A stretch of DNA of 64,000 nt, taken from assembly GCA_040754195.1 (NCBI GenBank), contig JBFMDJ010000025.1:85346-149345 (forward strand). The letters run 5' to 3'. Of the stretch, positions 23,396-35,889 are shown one piece after another. Source of the stretch: Pseudomonadota bacterium. Lineage in GTDB: Bacteria; Pseudomonadota; Gammaproteobacteria; Burkholderiales; Rhodocyclaceae. Made by a program: the position numbers and the translations under genes. Under the pieces are notes generated by a model. It searched no databases, was not told the origin of the DNA, and worked only from the letters and a program-made list of their open reading frames with translations. The stretch's first letter is position 1. Each line of letters opens with the position of its first letter.

Positions 23396-24036
23396 GCCAG
23401 CCTCCCGTGATCGAGGCGCACATGCCGTGCGCCGGGGAACAGGCTGGCATCGTAGGTCGCCGCCAGGACGGTGACGCCGACGCGATGAAATTCGAGGAAG
23501 ATGCCGGCGACGTCGCGCGCCGTGTCGGCGTCGAGATAGGCGGTCGGTTCGTCGGCCAGCAGCAGCGCCGGGCGATGCACGACGGCGCGAGCGATGGCGA
23601 GGCGCTGCTGCTCGCCGCCCGAGAGCGCGATCGGCAGCGCGCGGGCGCGCCGGCCGAGGCCGACCTTGTCGAGCGCCGCCTCGGCGCGGCGCTTCGCCTC
23701 GCGCCGCGGGAAGCCGGTGATCTCCAGCGGCAGCAGCACGTTGTCGAGCGCGCTGCGGTCGAAGAGCAGCTTCTGGTCCTGGAACACCAGCCCGATGTTC
23801 CGGCGCAGGAAGGGCAGCGCGCCGCGCCCGAGGGCGCCGACGTTCTGGCCATTCACCAGCACCGCGCCGCCGGTCGGCCGCTCGATGGCGGGAATCAGCT
23901 TGAGCAGCGTCGACTTGCCCGCGCCCGAGTGGCCGACCACCGCCACCAGCTCGCCGGCGGCGATCTCGGCGCTGATGTCGGCAAGCGCGGTGATGTCGGG
24001 CGGGTAGCGCTTGGAAATTCTGTCGAACTTGATCAT
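23392..24036 (-). CDS. ftsE: Cell division ATP-binding protein FtsE
   Basis: ATG 24036 (MIKFDRISKRY); GHSGAGKST, IGLVFQD, LSGGEQQR, LADEPT; adjacent to ftsX. Confidence 0.93.
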   Translation of the reverse strand: MIKFDRISKRYPPDITALADISAEIAAGELVAVVGHSGAGKSTLLKLIPAIERPTGGAVLVNGQNVGALGRGALPFLRRNIGLVFQDQKLLFDRSALDNVLLPLEITGFPRREAKRRAEAALDKVGLGRRARALPIALSGGEQQRLAIARAVVHRPALLLADEPTAYLDADTARDVAGIFLEFHRVGVTVLAATYDASLFPGARHVRLDHGRLA

Positions 24037-25649
24037 CGGGTACCCACGATAGCAGATGAAAGCGCTTCGGCGACCTCGATGCCGTCGACGCCAGCCGAAA
24101 GGATGCCGCCGGCGTAGCCCGCGCCCTCGCCGGCCGGGTAGAGTCCCTTGACGTTGAGGCTCTGGCAGTCGCCGCCGCGCGTGAGGCGCAACGGCGAGGA
24201 GGTGCGCGTCTCGACGCCAGTCAGCACCGCGTCGTCCAGCGCGAAGCCGCGAATCTGCCGGTCGAAGGCGGGAATTGCCTCGCGCATGGCGGCGATGACG
24301 TAGTCGGGCAAGGCGCTGGAGAGGTCGGTCGGCCTCACCCGCGGCTGGTAGGAGGGTTCTACCGTTCCCAATGTCGAGCTGGGCCGCCCGGCAAGGAAAT
24401 CGCCGACGCACTGTCCCGGTGCGTCGTAGTTGCCGCCACCGAGCTCGAAGGCGCGCCGTTCCCACTTGCGCTGGAATTCGATGCCGGCCAGCGGCCCCCA
24501 TTGCGCATATTCACCAAAATCCGCCGGCGTCACATTCACGACCAGGCCGGCATTGGCGTTCCTCTCGGCGCGCGAATACTGGCTCATGCCGTTGGTGACG
24601 ACGCAGCCCGGCTCGGAGGTCGCGGCGACCACCTGGCCGCCGGGGCACATGCAGAAGCTGTAGATGTCGCGCCCGTTGGCGGCGTGGTGCACCAGCTTGT
24701 AGTCGGCGGCGCCGAGCAGGGGATGGCCGGCCTGCCTGCCGTAGCGCGCGCGGTCGATCAGCGACTGCGGATGCTCGATGCGCAAGCCCACGGCGAAGGG
24801 CTTGGCCTCCATGAACACGCCGCGCCGGTGCAGCATTGCGAAGGTATCGCGCGCGCTGTGGCCGAGCGCCAGCACCACGTGGTCGGCGCGGATCGTTTCG
24901 TTGTTCGCCAGCACCACGCCGCGCACATGGCCGTCCGCGATGACGAGATCCTCGACGCGCGCCTCGAAGCGGATTTCGCCGCCGAGGCTTTCGATCTCGG
25001 CGCGCATCTTCTCGACCATGGAAACGAGGCGGAAGGTGCCGATGTGCGGCCGATTCACATAGAGGATTTCCTCCGGCGCGCCAGCCTTGACGAATTCGGT
25101 CAGCACCTTGCGCGCGAGGTGGCGCGGGTCGCGGATCTGGCTGTAGAGCTTGCCGTCGGAAAAGGTGCCGGCGCCGCCCTCGCCGAACTGCACGTTCGAT
25201 TCCGGATGCAGGGTGTGCTTGCGCCAAAGGTCCCATGTGTCCTTCGTCCGTTCGCGCACTTTCCTGCCGCGCTCCAGCACGAGGGGACGAAAACCCGACT
25301 GGGCGAGAATCAGCGCGGCGAAGATGCCGGCTGGGCCGAAGCCGACGACGACGGGGCGAAGAAAGGCTGTCTGCGGTGCCTGCGCGACGAACCGGTAAGA
25401 CATGTCCGGCGTCGGCTTGACATGCGTGTCGCCGGCTAGGCGCGCCAGCACTGCGGCTTCGTCGCGGAGCGCGAGGTCAAGGCTGTAGACGAATTGCAGC
25501 GCGTTCTTCTTGCGCGCGTCCGGGCTGCGCTTGTGGATGCGCAGCTCCAGCAAATCCCCGGATGCAATAGTCAGTCGCCGCAGGACGGCGGCCGTGAGTT
25601 CTTCCGGCGTGTGCTCCAGCGGCAGCCGGAGTTCGGTGAGGCGGATCAC
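24033..25649 (-). CDS. Uncharacterised FAD-dependent oxidoreductase
   Basis: GTG start overlaps the ftsY stop; VVGFGPAGIFAA, QFGEGGAGTFSDGKL, FCMCPGG, YPAGEGAGYAGGI. Confidence 0.88.
   Translation of the reverse strand: MIRLTELRLPLEHTPEELTAAVLRRLTIASGDLLELRIHKRSPDARKKNALQFVYSLDLALRDEAAVLARLAGDTHVKPTPDMSYRFVAQAPQTAFLRPVVVGFGPAGIFAALILAQSGFRPLVLERGRKVRERTKDTWDLWRKHTLHPESNVQFGEGGAGTFSDGKLYSQIRDPRHLARKVLTEFVKAGAPEEILYVNRPHIGTFRLVSMVEKMRAEIESLGGEIRFEARVEDLVIADGHVRGVVLANNETIRADHVVLALGHSARDTFAMLHRRGVFMEAKPFAVGLRIEHPQSLIDRARYGRQAGHPLLGAADYKLVHHAANGRDIYSFCMCPGGQVVAATSEPGCVVTNGMSQYSRAERNANAGLVVNVTPADFGEYAQWGPLAGIEFQRKWERRAFELGGGNYDAPGQCVGDFLAGRPSSTLGTVEPSYQPRVRPTDLSSALPDYVIAAMREAIPAFDRQIRGFALDDAVLTGVETRTSSPLRLTRGGDCQSLNVKGLYPAGEGAGYAGGILSAGVDGIEVAEALSSAIVGTR
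25569..25590 (-). repeat. Dispersed 25-nt motif copy, inside the FAD oxidoreductase CDS
   Basis: AGTCAGTCGCCGCAGGACGGCG, 19/22 match to the consensus; encodes AVLRRLT. Confidence 0.7.
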
Positions 25650-26611
25650 TGCCCGAACAAGGCTTCCACGAACTCGCGCGCCTTGAACGGCTGCAAATCG
25701 TCGATGCCTTCGCCGACGCCGATGAAGCGCACCGGCTTCGGGCATTGCCGCGCGATGGCCGCGAGCACGCCGCCCTTGGCGGTGCCGTCGAGCTTGGTGA
25801 CGACGAGGCCGGTCACGTTGATGGCCTTGTCGAAAGCCTTGACCTGCTGGATCGCGTTCTGGCCGATGTTGGCGTCAAGCACCAGCAGCACCTCGTGCGG
25901 CCCGGTCGGTTCGGCCTTCTGGATCACGCGGCGCACCTTGGCGATCTCCTCCATCAGGTGCAGTTGCGTCGGCAGGCGGCCAGCGGTGTCGGCGAGCATC
26001 ACGTCGATGCCGCGCGCGCGCGCCGCCGAGATCGCATCGAACACCACGGCGGCCGGGTCGCCGCCTTCCTGCGCGATCACCGTCACGTCGTTGCGCCGGC
26101 CCCATTCGGCGAGCTGTTCGCGCGCGGCGGCGCGGAAGGTGTCGCCGGCGGCGAGCAGCACGCCGTGGCCTTCCTGCTGGAACTGCTTGGCGAGCTTGCC
26201 GATCGAAGTGGTCTTGCCGGCGCCGTTCACGCCCGCGATCATGATGATGAAGGGGCGCTGGTTCCGGTCGGGATGGCTCAGGTCGAGCGGCTGCTCCAGC
26301 GGCGCAAGCAGCTGCGTCATCAGTTCGACGAGCGCCGCGCGCAGCTCGGCGGGCGCCTCGATGCGCTCCTTTTTAACCCTTGCGCGCAACTCGGCCAGCA
26401 GCCAGGTCGTCGCCTCGACGCCGCAATCGGCCATCAGCAGCGTGGATTCGAGTTCCTCGAGCAGCTCGTCGTCGATCTTCGCGCGCGCGAACAGCTCGCC
26501 CAGCGGCGTATTGAGCGTGGCGCGGGTGCGGGCGAGGCCCGCCTTGAGGCGGTCCGTCCAGGACGGCTTGCGGATTTCGGCGGCCTCGTCTTTTTTCAGG
26601 AAACCAAACAT
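25646..26611 (-). CDS. ftsY: SRP receptor FtsY (short NG-only form)
   Basis: GVNGAGKTT, AAGDTFRAAA, DTAGRL, TKLDGTAKGG. Confidence 0.96.
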   Translation of the reverse strand: MFGFLKKDEAAEIRKPSWTDRLKAGLARTRATLNTPLGELFARAKIDDELLEELESTLLMADCGVEATTWLLAELRARVKKERIEAPAELRAALVELMTQLLAPLEQPLDLSHPDRNQRPFIIMIAGVNGAGKTTSIGKLAKQFQQEGHGVLLAAGDTFRAAAREQLAEWGRRNDVTVIAQEGGDPAAVVFDAISAARARGIDVMLADTAGRLPTQLHLMEEIAKVRRVIQKAEPTGPHEVLLVLDANIGQNAIQQVKAFDKAINVTGLVVTKLDGTAKGGVLAAIARQCPKPVRFIGVGEGIDDLQPFKAREFVEALFGQ

Positions 26612-26685
26612 GGGGAATCGTGTCGTAAGCAGGGTCGCGCGTTATGATGCGCGGCTCCGATTCTAATCCAAGCCCCTGCAGCCCC

Positions 26686-28062
26686 ATGAAAAACAAACTG
26701 TTTTCCATCGGCTGGGCGCTGGCCGCCGCCGTCCTGCCGGCACTGACTTTCGCCAGCCCCGCAACGACCTTCGAGAAGACCCTCGCCAACGGTCTGCGCG
26801 TGATCGTGCGCGAAGACCACCGCGCGCCCGTCGCCGTGCATATGGTCTGGTATCGCGCCGGGGCGATGGACGAAAAGGACGGCACCTCGGGCGTCGCCCA
26901 CGTGCTCGAACACATGATGTTCAAGGGCACCAGGACCCTCAAGCCGGGCGAATTCAATAAGCGCGTGGCGGAGGCCGGCGGCCGCGACAACGCCTTCACC
27001 AGCCTCGACTACACGGCCTATTTCCAGATCGTGCCGAAGCGCGCGCTGCCCGAGATGATGCGGCTGGAGGCCGACCGCATGGCCAACCTGCGGCTCGCGG
27101 CCGATGAGTTCGCGAGCGAGATCCAGGTGGTCATGGAAGAGCGCCGCCTGCGCACCGAGGACAATCCCGAGGCGCGCACCTACGAGGCGCTCAGCGCCGC
27201 CGCCTTCATGGCCCACCCCTACCGCCGGCCGATCATCGGCTGGATGGACGACCTGCGGAACATGACCTGGCAAGACGCGCGCGACTGGTATCGCGACTGG
27301 TATGCGCCCAACAACGCCTACGTCGTCGTCGTCGGCGACGTCGATCATCGGGAAGTGTTCAAGCTCGCCGAACTGACCTACGGCCGGCACAAGGCCAAGC
27401 CGCTGCCGGCGCGCAAGCCGCAGAACGAGCCGGCGCAAACCGGAACGAGGCGGGTGACGGTCAAGGCGCCGGCGCAACTGCCCTACCTGCTGATGGCCTG
27501 GAAGGCGCCGAAGCTGGAGGATGTCGACGCGGACCGCGACCCCTATGCCCTTGAAGTGCTCTCCTCGCTGCTGGACGGCAACGACGCGGCGCGTCTGCCC
27601 AGGCATCTGGTGCGCGGCGCGAAGATCGCGCAGAGCGCCGGCGCGGGCTACGAGGCGACGGTGCGCGGCGAAACGCAGTTCCTGCTCGCCGGCCAGCCGG
27701 CGGCCGGCCGCACGGTGGCCGAGCTGGAGGCCGCCCTGCGCGCGGAAATCAAGCGCATCCAGGACGAGGGCGTCACCGAGGAAGAGCTGAAGCGCGTCAA
27801 GACCCAGACCATCGCCACGCAGATTTACAAGCGCGACTCCCTGATGGCGCAGGCGATGGAGATCGGCCATACCGAGGCGGCGGGCGTGCATTGGCGCGAC
27901 ATCGACAAGCTGCTCGACAAGCTTCGCAGCGTCACCGCCGAGGAAGTGCGGGCCGTCGCGAAGAAATATTTCGGCGACGACACGCTGACGATCGCGGTGC
28001 TCGACCCGCAACCCATCGACGCCGCCGTGAAACGCAAGTCCGGCTTCGCCGTCCGCCATTGA
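26686..28062 (+). CDS. M16 family zinc peptidase, catalytic subunit
   Basis: Signal peptide; AHVLEHMMFKG (HxxEH); NAFTSLDYT; ATG 26686. Confidence 0.92.
   Translation: MKNKLFSIGWALAAAVLPALTFASPATTFEKTLANGLRVIVREDHRAPVAVHMVWYRAGAMDEKDGTSGVAHVLEHMMFKGTRTLKPGEFNKRVAEAGGRDNAFTSLDYTAYFQIVPKRALPEMMRLEADRMANLRLAADEFASEIQVVMEERRLRTEDNPEARTYEALSAAAFMAHPYRRPIIGWMDDLRNMTWQDARDWYRDWYAPNNAYVVVVGDVDHREVFKLAELTYGRHKAKPLPARKPQNEPAQTGTRRVTVKAPAQLPYLLMAWKAPKLEDVDADRDPYALEVLSSLLDGNDAARLPRHLVRGAKIAQSAGAGYEATVRGETQFLLAGQPAAGRTVAELEAALRAEIKRIQDEGVTEEELKRVKTQTIATQIYKRDSLMAQAMEIGHTEAAGVHWRDIDKLLDKLRSVTAEEVRAVAKKYFGDDTLTIAVLDPQPIDAAVKRKSGFAVRH
26727..26750 (+). repeat. Dispersed 25-nt motif copy, inside the M16 peptidase signal peptide
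   Basis: CGCCGTCCTGCCGGCACTGACTTT, encoding AVLPALTF. Confidence 0.82.
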
Positions 28063-28072
28063 GGAAGCCGCC

Positions 28073-29358
28073 ATGCGCATCCTGATCGCCCTGTTGGTTT
28101 GCGTCGCCGGCGCGGCCCATGCCGGCCCGCAAATCCAGCACTGGGTCGCGCCGACCGGCGCGCGCGTCTATTTCGTCGAAAGCCGCGGCCTGCCCATCCT
28201 CGACGTGCAGATCGACTTCGTCGCCGGCAGCGCGCGCGACCCGGCGGACAAGTCTGGCGTCGCCAGCATGACGGCCGGCCTGCTCGAAACCGGCGCGGGC
28301 GATCTCGACGAGGAGAAGATTTCCGCGCGCCTCGTCGATCTCGGCGCGCGCCTGTCCGCCGCGTCCGACCACGACCGCGCCAGCCTCACGCTGCGCACCC
28401 TTTCCTCCGCCGAGGAGAAGGACGGCGCGCTGGCGCTGCTGCGCACCCTCCTGTCCGCCCCGACTTTTCCCGTCGATGCCTTCGCGCGCGAAAGAACGCG
28501 CATGATCGAGGCACTCAAGGACGCCGAAACCCGGCCGGACAGCATCGCCGCGAAAGCCTTCGCCGCGGCCGTCTATCCCGGCCACCCCTATGGCCGCGTC
28601 GCCGTCCCGGCGAGCGTGGCCCGCATCGAGCGCGAGGACCTCGTCGCCTTCCATCGCGCCCATTACGTCGCCGGCAACGCCGTGGTCTCGATCCTCGGCG
28701 ACGTCGGACGCGCGGAGGCCGAGGCGATCGCCATCCGGCTCACCGAGGCGCTGCCGGCCGGGACCGCGCCAGCCCCCCTGCCCGCCGTCGTGCTGCCCGC
28801 CCGCGACATGGTCAAGCTGGCGCATCCCGCCACGCAGGCGCACATCCACGTCGGCATGCCGGCCATGCGACGCGACGCCAGCCCGGACTACTTCGCCCTG
28901 CTGGTCGGCAATTACACGCTCGGCGGCGGCGGCTTCGTCTCGCGGCTGATGAAGGAAGTCCGCGAAAAGCGGGGGTTCGCCTACAGCGTCTATTCCTATT
29001 TCGCGCCGCGCGTGCTGGAAGGCCCCTTCCAGATCGGCCTGCAGACGAAGCGCGCGCAGGCCGGCGAGGCGCTCAAGGTCGTCGAGGCGGTGCTCGCCGA
29101 TTTCCTCGCCACGGGGCCGACGGCGGCGGAACTCGCCGCCGCGAAGAAGAACCTCATCGATGGCCAGGCGCTGCGCATCGACAGCAACGCCAAACTGCTC
29201 GGCTACCTCTCGCTGATCGGCTTCTACAAGCTGCCGCTCGATTACCTCGACCGGTTTCCGCGCATGGTCGAGCAGGTGACGCGCGACGACGTGAAGGCCA
29301 CGTTCCGCCGGCATGTACTGCCCGAGCATCTCGTGACGGTGATCGTCGCGGCGGACTG

Positions 29359-29359
<1 letters not shown>
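28073..29359 (+). CDS. M16 family peptidase, non-catalytic partner subunit
   Basis: Signal peptide; SRLMKEVREKRGFAYSV; lacks HxxEH. Confidence 0.9.
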
Positions 29360-30655
<1,296 letters not shown>

Positions 30656-30666
30656 ACACCATCCCG

Positions 30667-31479
30667 TCAGCGCTGGCAGCGCGGACAGAAGAACGTCGAG
30701 CGCTGCCCCTGGCGGATCTGGCGGACCGGCGTGCCGCAGCGCACGCAGGGTTCGCCGGCGCGGTCGTAGACCTTGTGGCGGGTCTGGAAATGGCCCATCC
30801 CGCCTTCCGTGTTGCAGAAGTCGCGCAGCGTGCTGCCGCCCGCGCGAATGGCGGCGCGCAGTGTCGCCTTGACGGCCGGTACCAGTCTTTCGAGACGTGC
30901 GAGGCTCACCGCGCCCGCCGCGCGACGCGGGTCGATGCCGGCGTCGAACAAGCTTTCCGCTGCATAGATGTTGCCGACCCCCACGACGAGTCCGGCGTCC
31001 ATGAGCGCCGGTTTGATCGCCATGCTCTTCCCCCGCAACGCCCGCTGCAGCCAGGCCGGAGTGAAGGCGCGCGTCAGCGGCTCGATGCCGAGCTTCGCCA
31101 GCAGCGGATGGGCCAGCGGGTCGCCTTCCAGCCACAGCAGCGCGCCGAAGCGGCGCGGATCGGTCAGGCGCAGCGCGTCGTCCCCGAAAATGAAATCGGC
31201 GTGGTCGTGCCGCTCCGGTGGCGTGCCGGGCGCGACGAAGCGCAGGCTGCCCGACATGCCCAGATGGATCAGCAGATGGCCGCCATCGAGGTCAAGCAGC
31301 AGGTATTTGCCCCGTCGCTTCGCCGCCAGGAGCGGCCGGCTTGCCAGCCGCCGCGCCAGCCCGTCCGGGAGCGGATAGCGCAGGGCCGGCACCCGCAGGA
31401 TGGCACGTTCGAGGCGGCGGCCTTCCAGCCGCCCGGCAATGCCGCGCCGCGTCACTTCGACCTCGGGAAGCTCAGGCAT
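30667..31479 (-). CDS. mutM: Formamidopyrimidine-DNA glycosylase
   Basis: MPELPEVE, RRGKY, IHLGMSG, GVGNIYA, C4 zinc finger. Confidence 0.97.
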   Translation of the reverse strand: MPELPEVEVTRRGIAGRLEGRRLERAILRVPALRYPLPDGLARRLASRPLLAAKRRGKYLLLDLDGGHLLIHLGMSGSLRFVAPGTPPERHDHADFIFGDDALRLTDPRRFGALLWLEGDPLAHPLLAKLGIEPLTRAFTPAWLQRALRGKSMAIKPALMDAGLVVGVGNIYAAESLFDAGIDPRRAAGAVSLARLERLVPAVKATLRAAIRAGGSTLRDFCNTEGGMGHFQTRHKVYDRAGEPCVRCGTPVRQIRQGQRSTFFCPRCQR

Positions 31480-31547
31480 GGGGAGGGGGGAAAACTGTTA
31501 ACATGGCACGATTGTATGCACCCCATCGACCCAGCCCAAGCGTGTCC

Positions 31548-33311
31548 ATGAATCCGCTCCTCGCCCTGCCCTTCGTCGCCCTGCTGCTCGCCGGCTGCCT
31601 GCCGCATGCCCAGGACGTCCGGCCGGAACAAGCCGCGCCCGCCCCGGCGGCGCAGCCGACGTCTGCCACCACGCCGGACGAAGAGTCCGTCAAGGCCGAA
31701 ACAGCCCGCCTGCCGGCCGTCGAACTCACGCCCCGTCTGCTCCATGGTTTTCTGCTGGCGGAAATCGCCGGCCAGCGGGGGCAGCTCGGCAACTCCGCGC
31801 AGCTGTATCTCGACCTGGCCGAGGAAACGCGCGACCCCCGGGTGGCGCGGCGCGCCACCGAAATCGGGCTGCACGGCCGGCGCCTGGACCTGGCGCTGGC
31901 GGCCGCGCGCATCTGGCAGGAAACCGACCCCGCTTCGACCCGCGCGCGCCAGGCCTTCATCAGCCTGCTGGCGGCGCAGGGCCGCTTCGACGAATTGCGG
32001 GGTTCCATCGCCGCGCTGCTGGCGGCCGAACCCAAGCATCTCGCCCAGAACCTCGGCCACCTCAACCGCCTGTTCTCCCGCGCCACCGACCGCAAGGCCG
32101 TACGCGAACTCGTCGAGGCCGTGACCGAACCCTACCTGCAACTGCCGGAAGCGCATTACGCGCGCGCGCTGGCGGCCTTCGACGCGCGCGACGCCGTTGC
32201 CGCCCGCCGCGCCATCCAGCACGCGCTCGAGCTCAAGCCCGACTGGGAAACCGCCGCCCTGCTGCGCGCCCAACTGGCCGAGAACCGCGACGCCGCGCTG
32301 GCGGGGCTCGCCGACTTCGTGGCCGCCAACCCGCGCGCGCGCGAAGCGCGGCTCGCCCATGCCCGCGCCCTCGTCAATGCCAAGCGCTATGCGGAGGCAC
32401 GGCGGCAGTTCGCGACGCTGCTGGAGCAGGGCGGCAACGCCCCGGAAAAGAACGGCGACGTGGTCTTCGCCCTCGCGGTGCTGTCGTTGCAGCTCGACGA
32501 CACGGCCGACGCCGAACGCCATCTGCGGCGCCTCGTGGAGATCGGCTATGCCGAGGCCGACAAGGCGCGCTACTTCCTCGGCCAGATCGCCGAGGAGGAC
32601 AAGCGTTGGGACGAGGCGTTGCGCTGGTTCGCCCAGGTCGGCCCGGGCGAGCATTATCTGGTCGCGCGCCTGCACGCCGCCAACGTGCTGGCGCGGCAGG
32701 GCAAGCTCGACGAAGCGCGGCGCCAGCTCGCCGCGACGAAAACCGCCGGCCCGCGCGAACAGGTGCAGCTGCTGCTGGGCGAAGCCCAGATCCTGCGCGA
32801 GGCCAATCGTTTCGCCGACGCCCACGCCGCCCTCGCCGCCGGACTGGAGAAACTGCCCGACCAGCCCGAACTGCTCTATGAAATCGCGCTGCTCGCGGAA
32901 AAACTGGGCCGCCTCGACGAACTGGAAAGCCGCCTGCGCCGCCTGATCGAACTGAAGCCGGACCATGCCCACGCCCTCAACGCGCTGGGCTATTCGCTCG
33001 CCGACCGCAACGAGCGGCTCTCAGAGGCACGCACGCTGATCGAGCGTGCGCTGGAACTCGCGCCGCACGACCCCTTCATCCTCGACAGCCAAGGCTGGGT
33101 GCTGTTCCGCCTCGGCGAACGCCAGGCGGCGCTCGACACGCTCAACCGCGCCTTCGGCATCCGCCCCGACCCGGAGATCGCTGCCCATCTGGGCGAAGTG
33201 CTCTGGACGCTCGGCCGCCGCGAGGAGGCTCGTCAGACTTGGGAAACCGCGCGACGCGCGCATCCCGCCAACGCGGTGCTGGCGGAAACCATCAAGCGCT
33301 TCCTGCCTTGA
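31548..33311 (+). CDS. TPR-repeat lipoprotein (conserved upstream of lolB)
   Basis: Lipobox LLLAGC after ATG 31548; TPRs; ALNALGYSLAD, FILDSQGWVLF. Confidence 0.88.
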   Translation: MNPLLALPFVALLLAGCLPHAQDVRPEQAAPAPAAQPTSATTPDEESVKAETARLPAVELTPRLLHGFLLAEIAGQRGQLGNSAQLYLDLAEETRDPRVARRATEIGLHGRRLDLALAAARIWQETDPASTRARQAFISLLAAQGRFDELRGSIAALLAAEPKHLAQNLGHLNRLFSRATDRKAVRELVEAVTEPYLQLPEAHYARALAAFDARDAVAARRAIQHALELKPDWETAALLRAQLAENRDAALAGLADFVAANPRAREARLAHARALVNAKRYAEARRQFATLLEQGGNAPEKNGDVVFALAVLSLQLDDTADAERHLRRLVEIGYAEADKARYFLGQIAEEDKRWDEALRWFAQVGPGEHYLVARLHAANVLARQGKLDEARRQLAATKTAGPREQVQLLLGEAQILREANRFADAHAALAAGLEKLPDQPELLYEIALLAEKLGRLDELESRLRRLIELKPDHAHALNALGYSLADRNERLSEARTLIERALELAPHDPFILDSQGWVLFRLGERQAALDTLNRAFGIRPDPEIAAHLGEVLWTLGRREEARQTWETARRAHPANAVLAETIKRFLP

Positions 33312-33814
33312 TCCGTCCGCTGCTGCTGTCCCTTCTGCTGCTGGCCGGCTGCGCGACTTATCCGCCCCCGGCCGTGCGCCCGGACCCCTCGACCATCGCC
33401 ACGTTTGCCTTCCAGGGGCGCCTCACCGTGCGGCAGGGCGACAGTCGCCACCATGTCAACATCGACTGGCGCCACGATCCGGCGGGCGACGAAATCCTGC
33501 TCACCACGCCGCTCGGCCAGGGCGTGGCGGAAATCACCCGCGATGCCGGCGGCGCCCGCCTGCGACTTGCCGATCGTCGTCATTTCGAGGCGGACGACTG
33601 GGACGGCCTGTCCGAACGGGTCTTCGGCTTCCGCCTGCCGCTGCGCGACTCATCCAGCTGGCTGCTGGGGGAGATGGCTGGCGGCGAAGGCTGGCGCATT
33701 CGCGTGACCGAGCGGGAAAGCGACGCCCCCGGCGCGCTGCCAGCCGTCATCGAACTCGAACGCGACGACATTCACGTGCAGCTGAAAATCGACGAATGGG
33801 TCGAAGCGAAATGA
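33308..33814 (+). CDS. lolB: Outer membrane lipoprotein insertase LolB
   Basis: TTG start overlaps the TPR gene stop; lipobox LLAGC; FQGRL, LLTTPLGQ, FRLPL; lies between the TPR gene and ispE. Confidence 0.88.
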   Translation: MIRPLLLSLLLLAGCATYPPPAVRPDPSTIATFAFQGRLTVRQGDSRHHVNIDWRHDPAGDEILLTTPLGQGVAEITRDAGGARLRLADRRHFEADDWDGLSERVFGFRLPLRDSSSWLLGEMAGGEGWRIRVTERESDAPGALPAVIELERDDIHVQLKIDEWVEAK

Positions 33815-34671
33815 GCGGCCGGGGCGGTGGATGGGAAATGATCTGGCCGGCGCCGGCCAAGCTCAACCTGTTCCTCCACGTCGTCGGCCGGCGCGCCGAC
33901 GGCTACCATCTGCTGCAGACGGTGTTCCGCTTCATCGACCTCGCCGACACGCTGCGCTTCGAACCGCGCGCCGACGGCCGCGTCGTGCTCGCGACGCCGT
34001 TGCCCGGCGTGCCGCCGGAGCAGAATCTCGTCGTACGCGCCGCCGAGGCCCTGAGAAAAGTCAGTCCCGGCGGGACGGCGGGCGGAGCGACGATCCACCT
34101 CGAAAAGCGCATCCCGATGGGCGGCGGGCTAGGCGGCGGCAGTTCGGACGCCGCGACCGCCCTGATCGCGCTCAATCACCTCTGGGACTGCGGATTGACG
34201 AACGCACAACTGCAGGCCATCGGCCTGACACTCGGCGCCGACGTGCCGATCTTCGTCCATGGCCGCAACTGCTTCGCCGAAGGCATCGGCGAGCGCTTCA
34301 CCGCCGTCGGCGTTCCGCCGGAGGCCTATCTGCTGAGCTTTCCCGACGCGGCCGTGCCGACGCCGGAGATCTTCCGCTCGCCCGACCTCCGGCGCGACAC
34401 CCCGGCCATCGCGCCCGCCGACTGGCGGCCGGGATTCGGCGGCAACGATCTGGAGCCGGTCGCCTGTGCCCTTTACCCGGAAGTCGCGCGCCATCTAGAA
34501 CAGCTGCGCCGCTTCGGCGACGCCCGCATGACCGGCTCGGGCGCCTGCTGTTTCGCGGGCTTTCCGGACCTCGCGCGCGCGCGCGCCGCGCTGGCCGCGC
34601 TGCCGGCCGGCATGCGCGGTCTGGCGGTCGCGGGCCTGCCGGCCCACCCGCTTTTGTCGTTCGCGCATTGA
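33811..34671 (+). CDS. ispE: 4-diphosphocytidyl-2-C-methyl-D-erythritol kinase
   Basis: PAPAKLNLFL, IPMGGGLGGGSSDAA, LGADVP, MTGSGAC. Confidence 0.96.
   Translation: MSGRGGGWEMIWPAPAKLNLFLHVVGRRADGYHLLQTVFRFIDLADTLRFEPRADGRVVLATPLPGVPPEQNLVVRAAEALRKVSPGGTAGGATIHLEKRIPMGGGLGGGSSDAATALIALNHLWDCGLTNAQLQAIGLTLGADVPIFVHGRNCFAEGIGERFTAVGVPPEAYLLSFPDAAVPTPEIFRSPDLRRDTPAIAPADWRPGFGGNDLEPVACALYPEVARHLEQLRRFGDARMTGSGACCFAGFPDLARARAALAALPAGMRGLAVAGLPAHPLLSFAH
34056..34080 (-). repeat. Dispersed 25-nt motif, perfect copy inside ispE
   Basis: AAAAGTCAGTCCCGGCGGGACGGCG, encoding KVSPGGTA. Confidence 0.92.
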
Positions 34672-34749
34672 CACGAAACGGTAAAACCCGGAAAATCCGC
34701 GTCCTTTCGGCACCACGGCTGGCAGTAGCTGGCAATACGCGCCGGACCT

Positions 34750-34826
34750 TGGGGAGTCGCCAAGCTGGTTAAGGCACCGGATTTTGATTCCGGCATGCGT
34801 AGGTTCGAATCCTACCTCCCCAGCCA
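34750..34826 (+). tRNA. tRNA-Gln (anticodon TTG)
   Basis: Acceptor stem TGGGGAG/CTCCCCA, anticodon arm CCGGA-TTTTGAT-TCCGG, T-loop GGTTCGAATCC, encoded CCA; usual position between ispE and prs. Confidence 0.97.
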
Positions 34827-34900
34827 TAACATCCCCGGGCAGACCCAGAACCGAAAGCTGCGTCTGCCCGCTTCGCTTTAGTGGACACAGAGACGCGCGC

Positions 34901-35851
<951 letters not shown>

Positions 35852-35865
35852 CCGTTTTTTCAACC

Positions 35866-35889
35866 TCCCTGCCTGGTCGCGGGCAGGGA
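35866..35889 (+). promoter_or_regulatory. Hairpin in the prs-rplY spacer (possible L25 leader)
   Basis: TCCCTGCC-TGGTCGCG-GGCAGGGA, an 8-bp stem with no downstream U-tract, 18 nt before the rplY ATG. Confidence 0.45.

Noticed and set aside
31504-31520. Sigma54-like TGGCACG...TGCA upstream of the TPR gene
   Set aside because: Spacing is GG-N11-GC, one base off the strict requirement.
34750-34900. tRNA-Gln as an integration site
   Set aside because: No integrase, no duplicated tRNA 3' end, and the conserved ispE-tRNA-prs order is intact.
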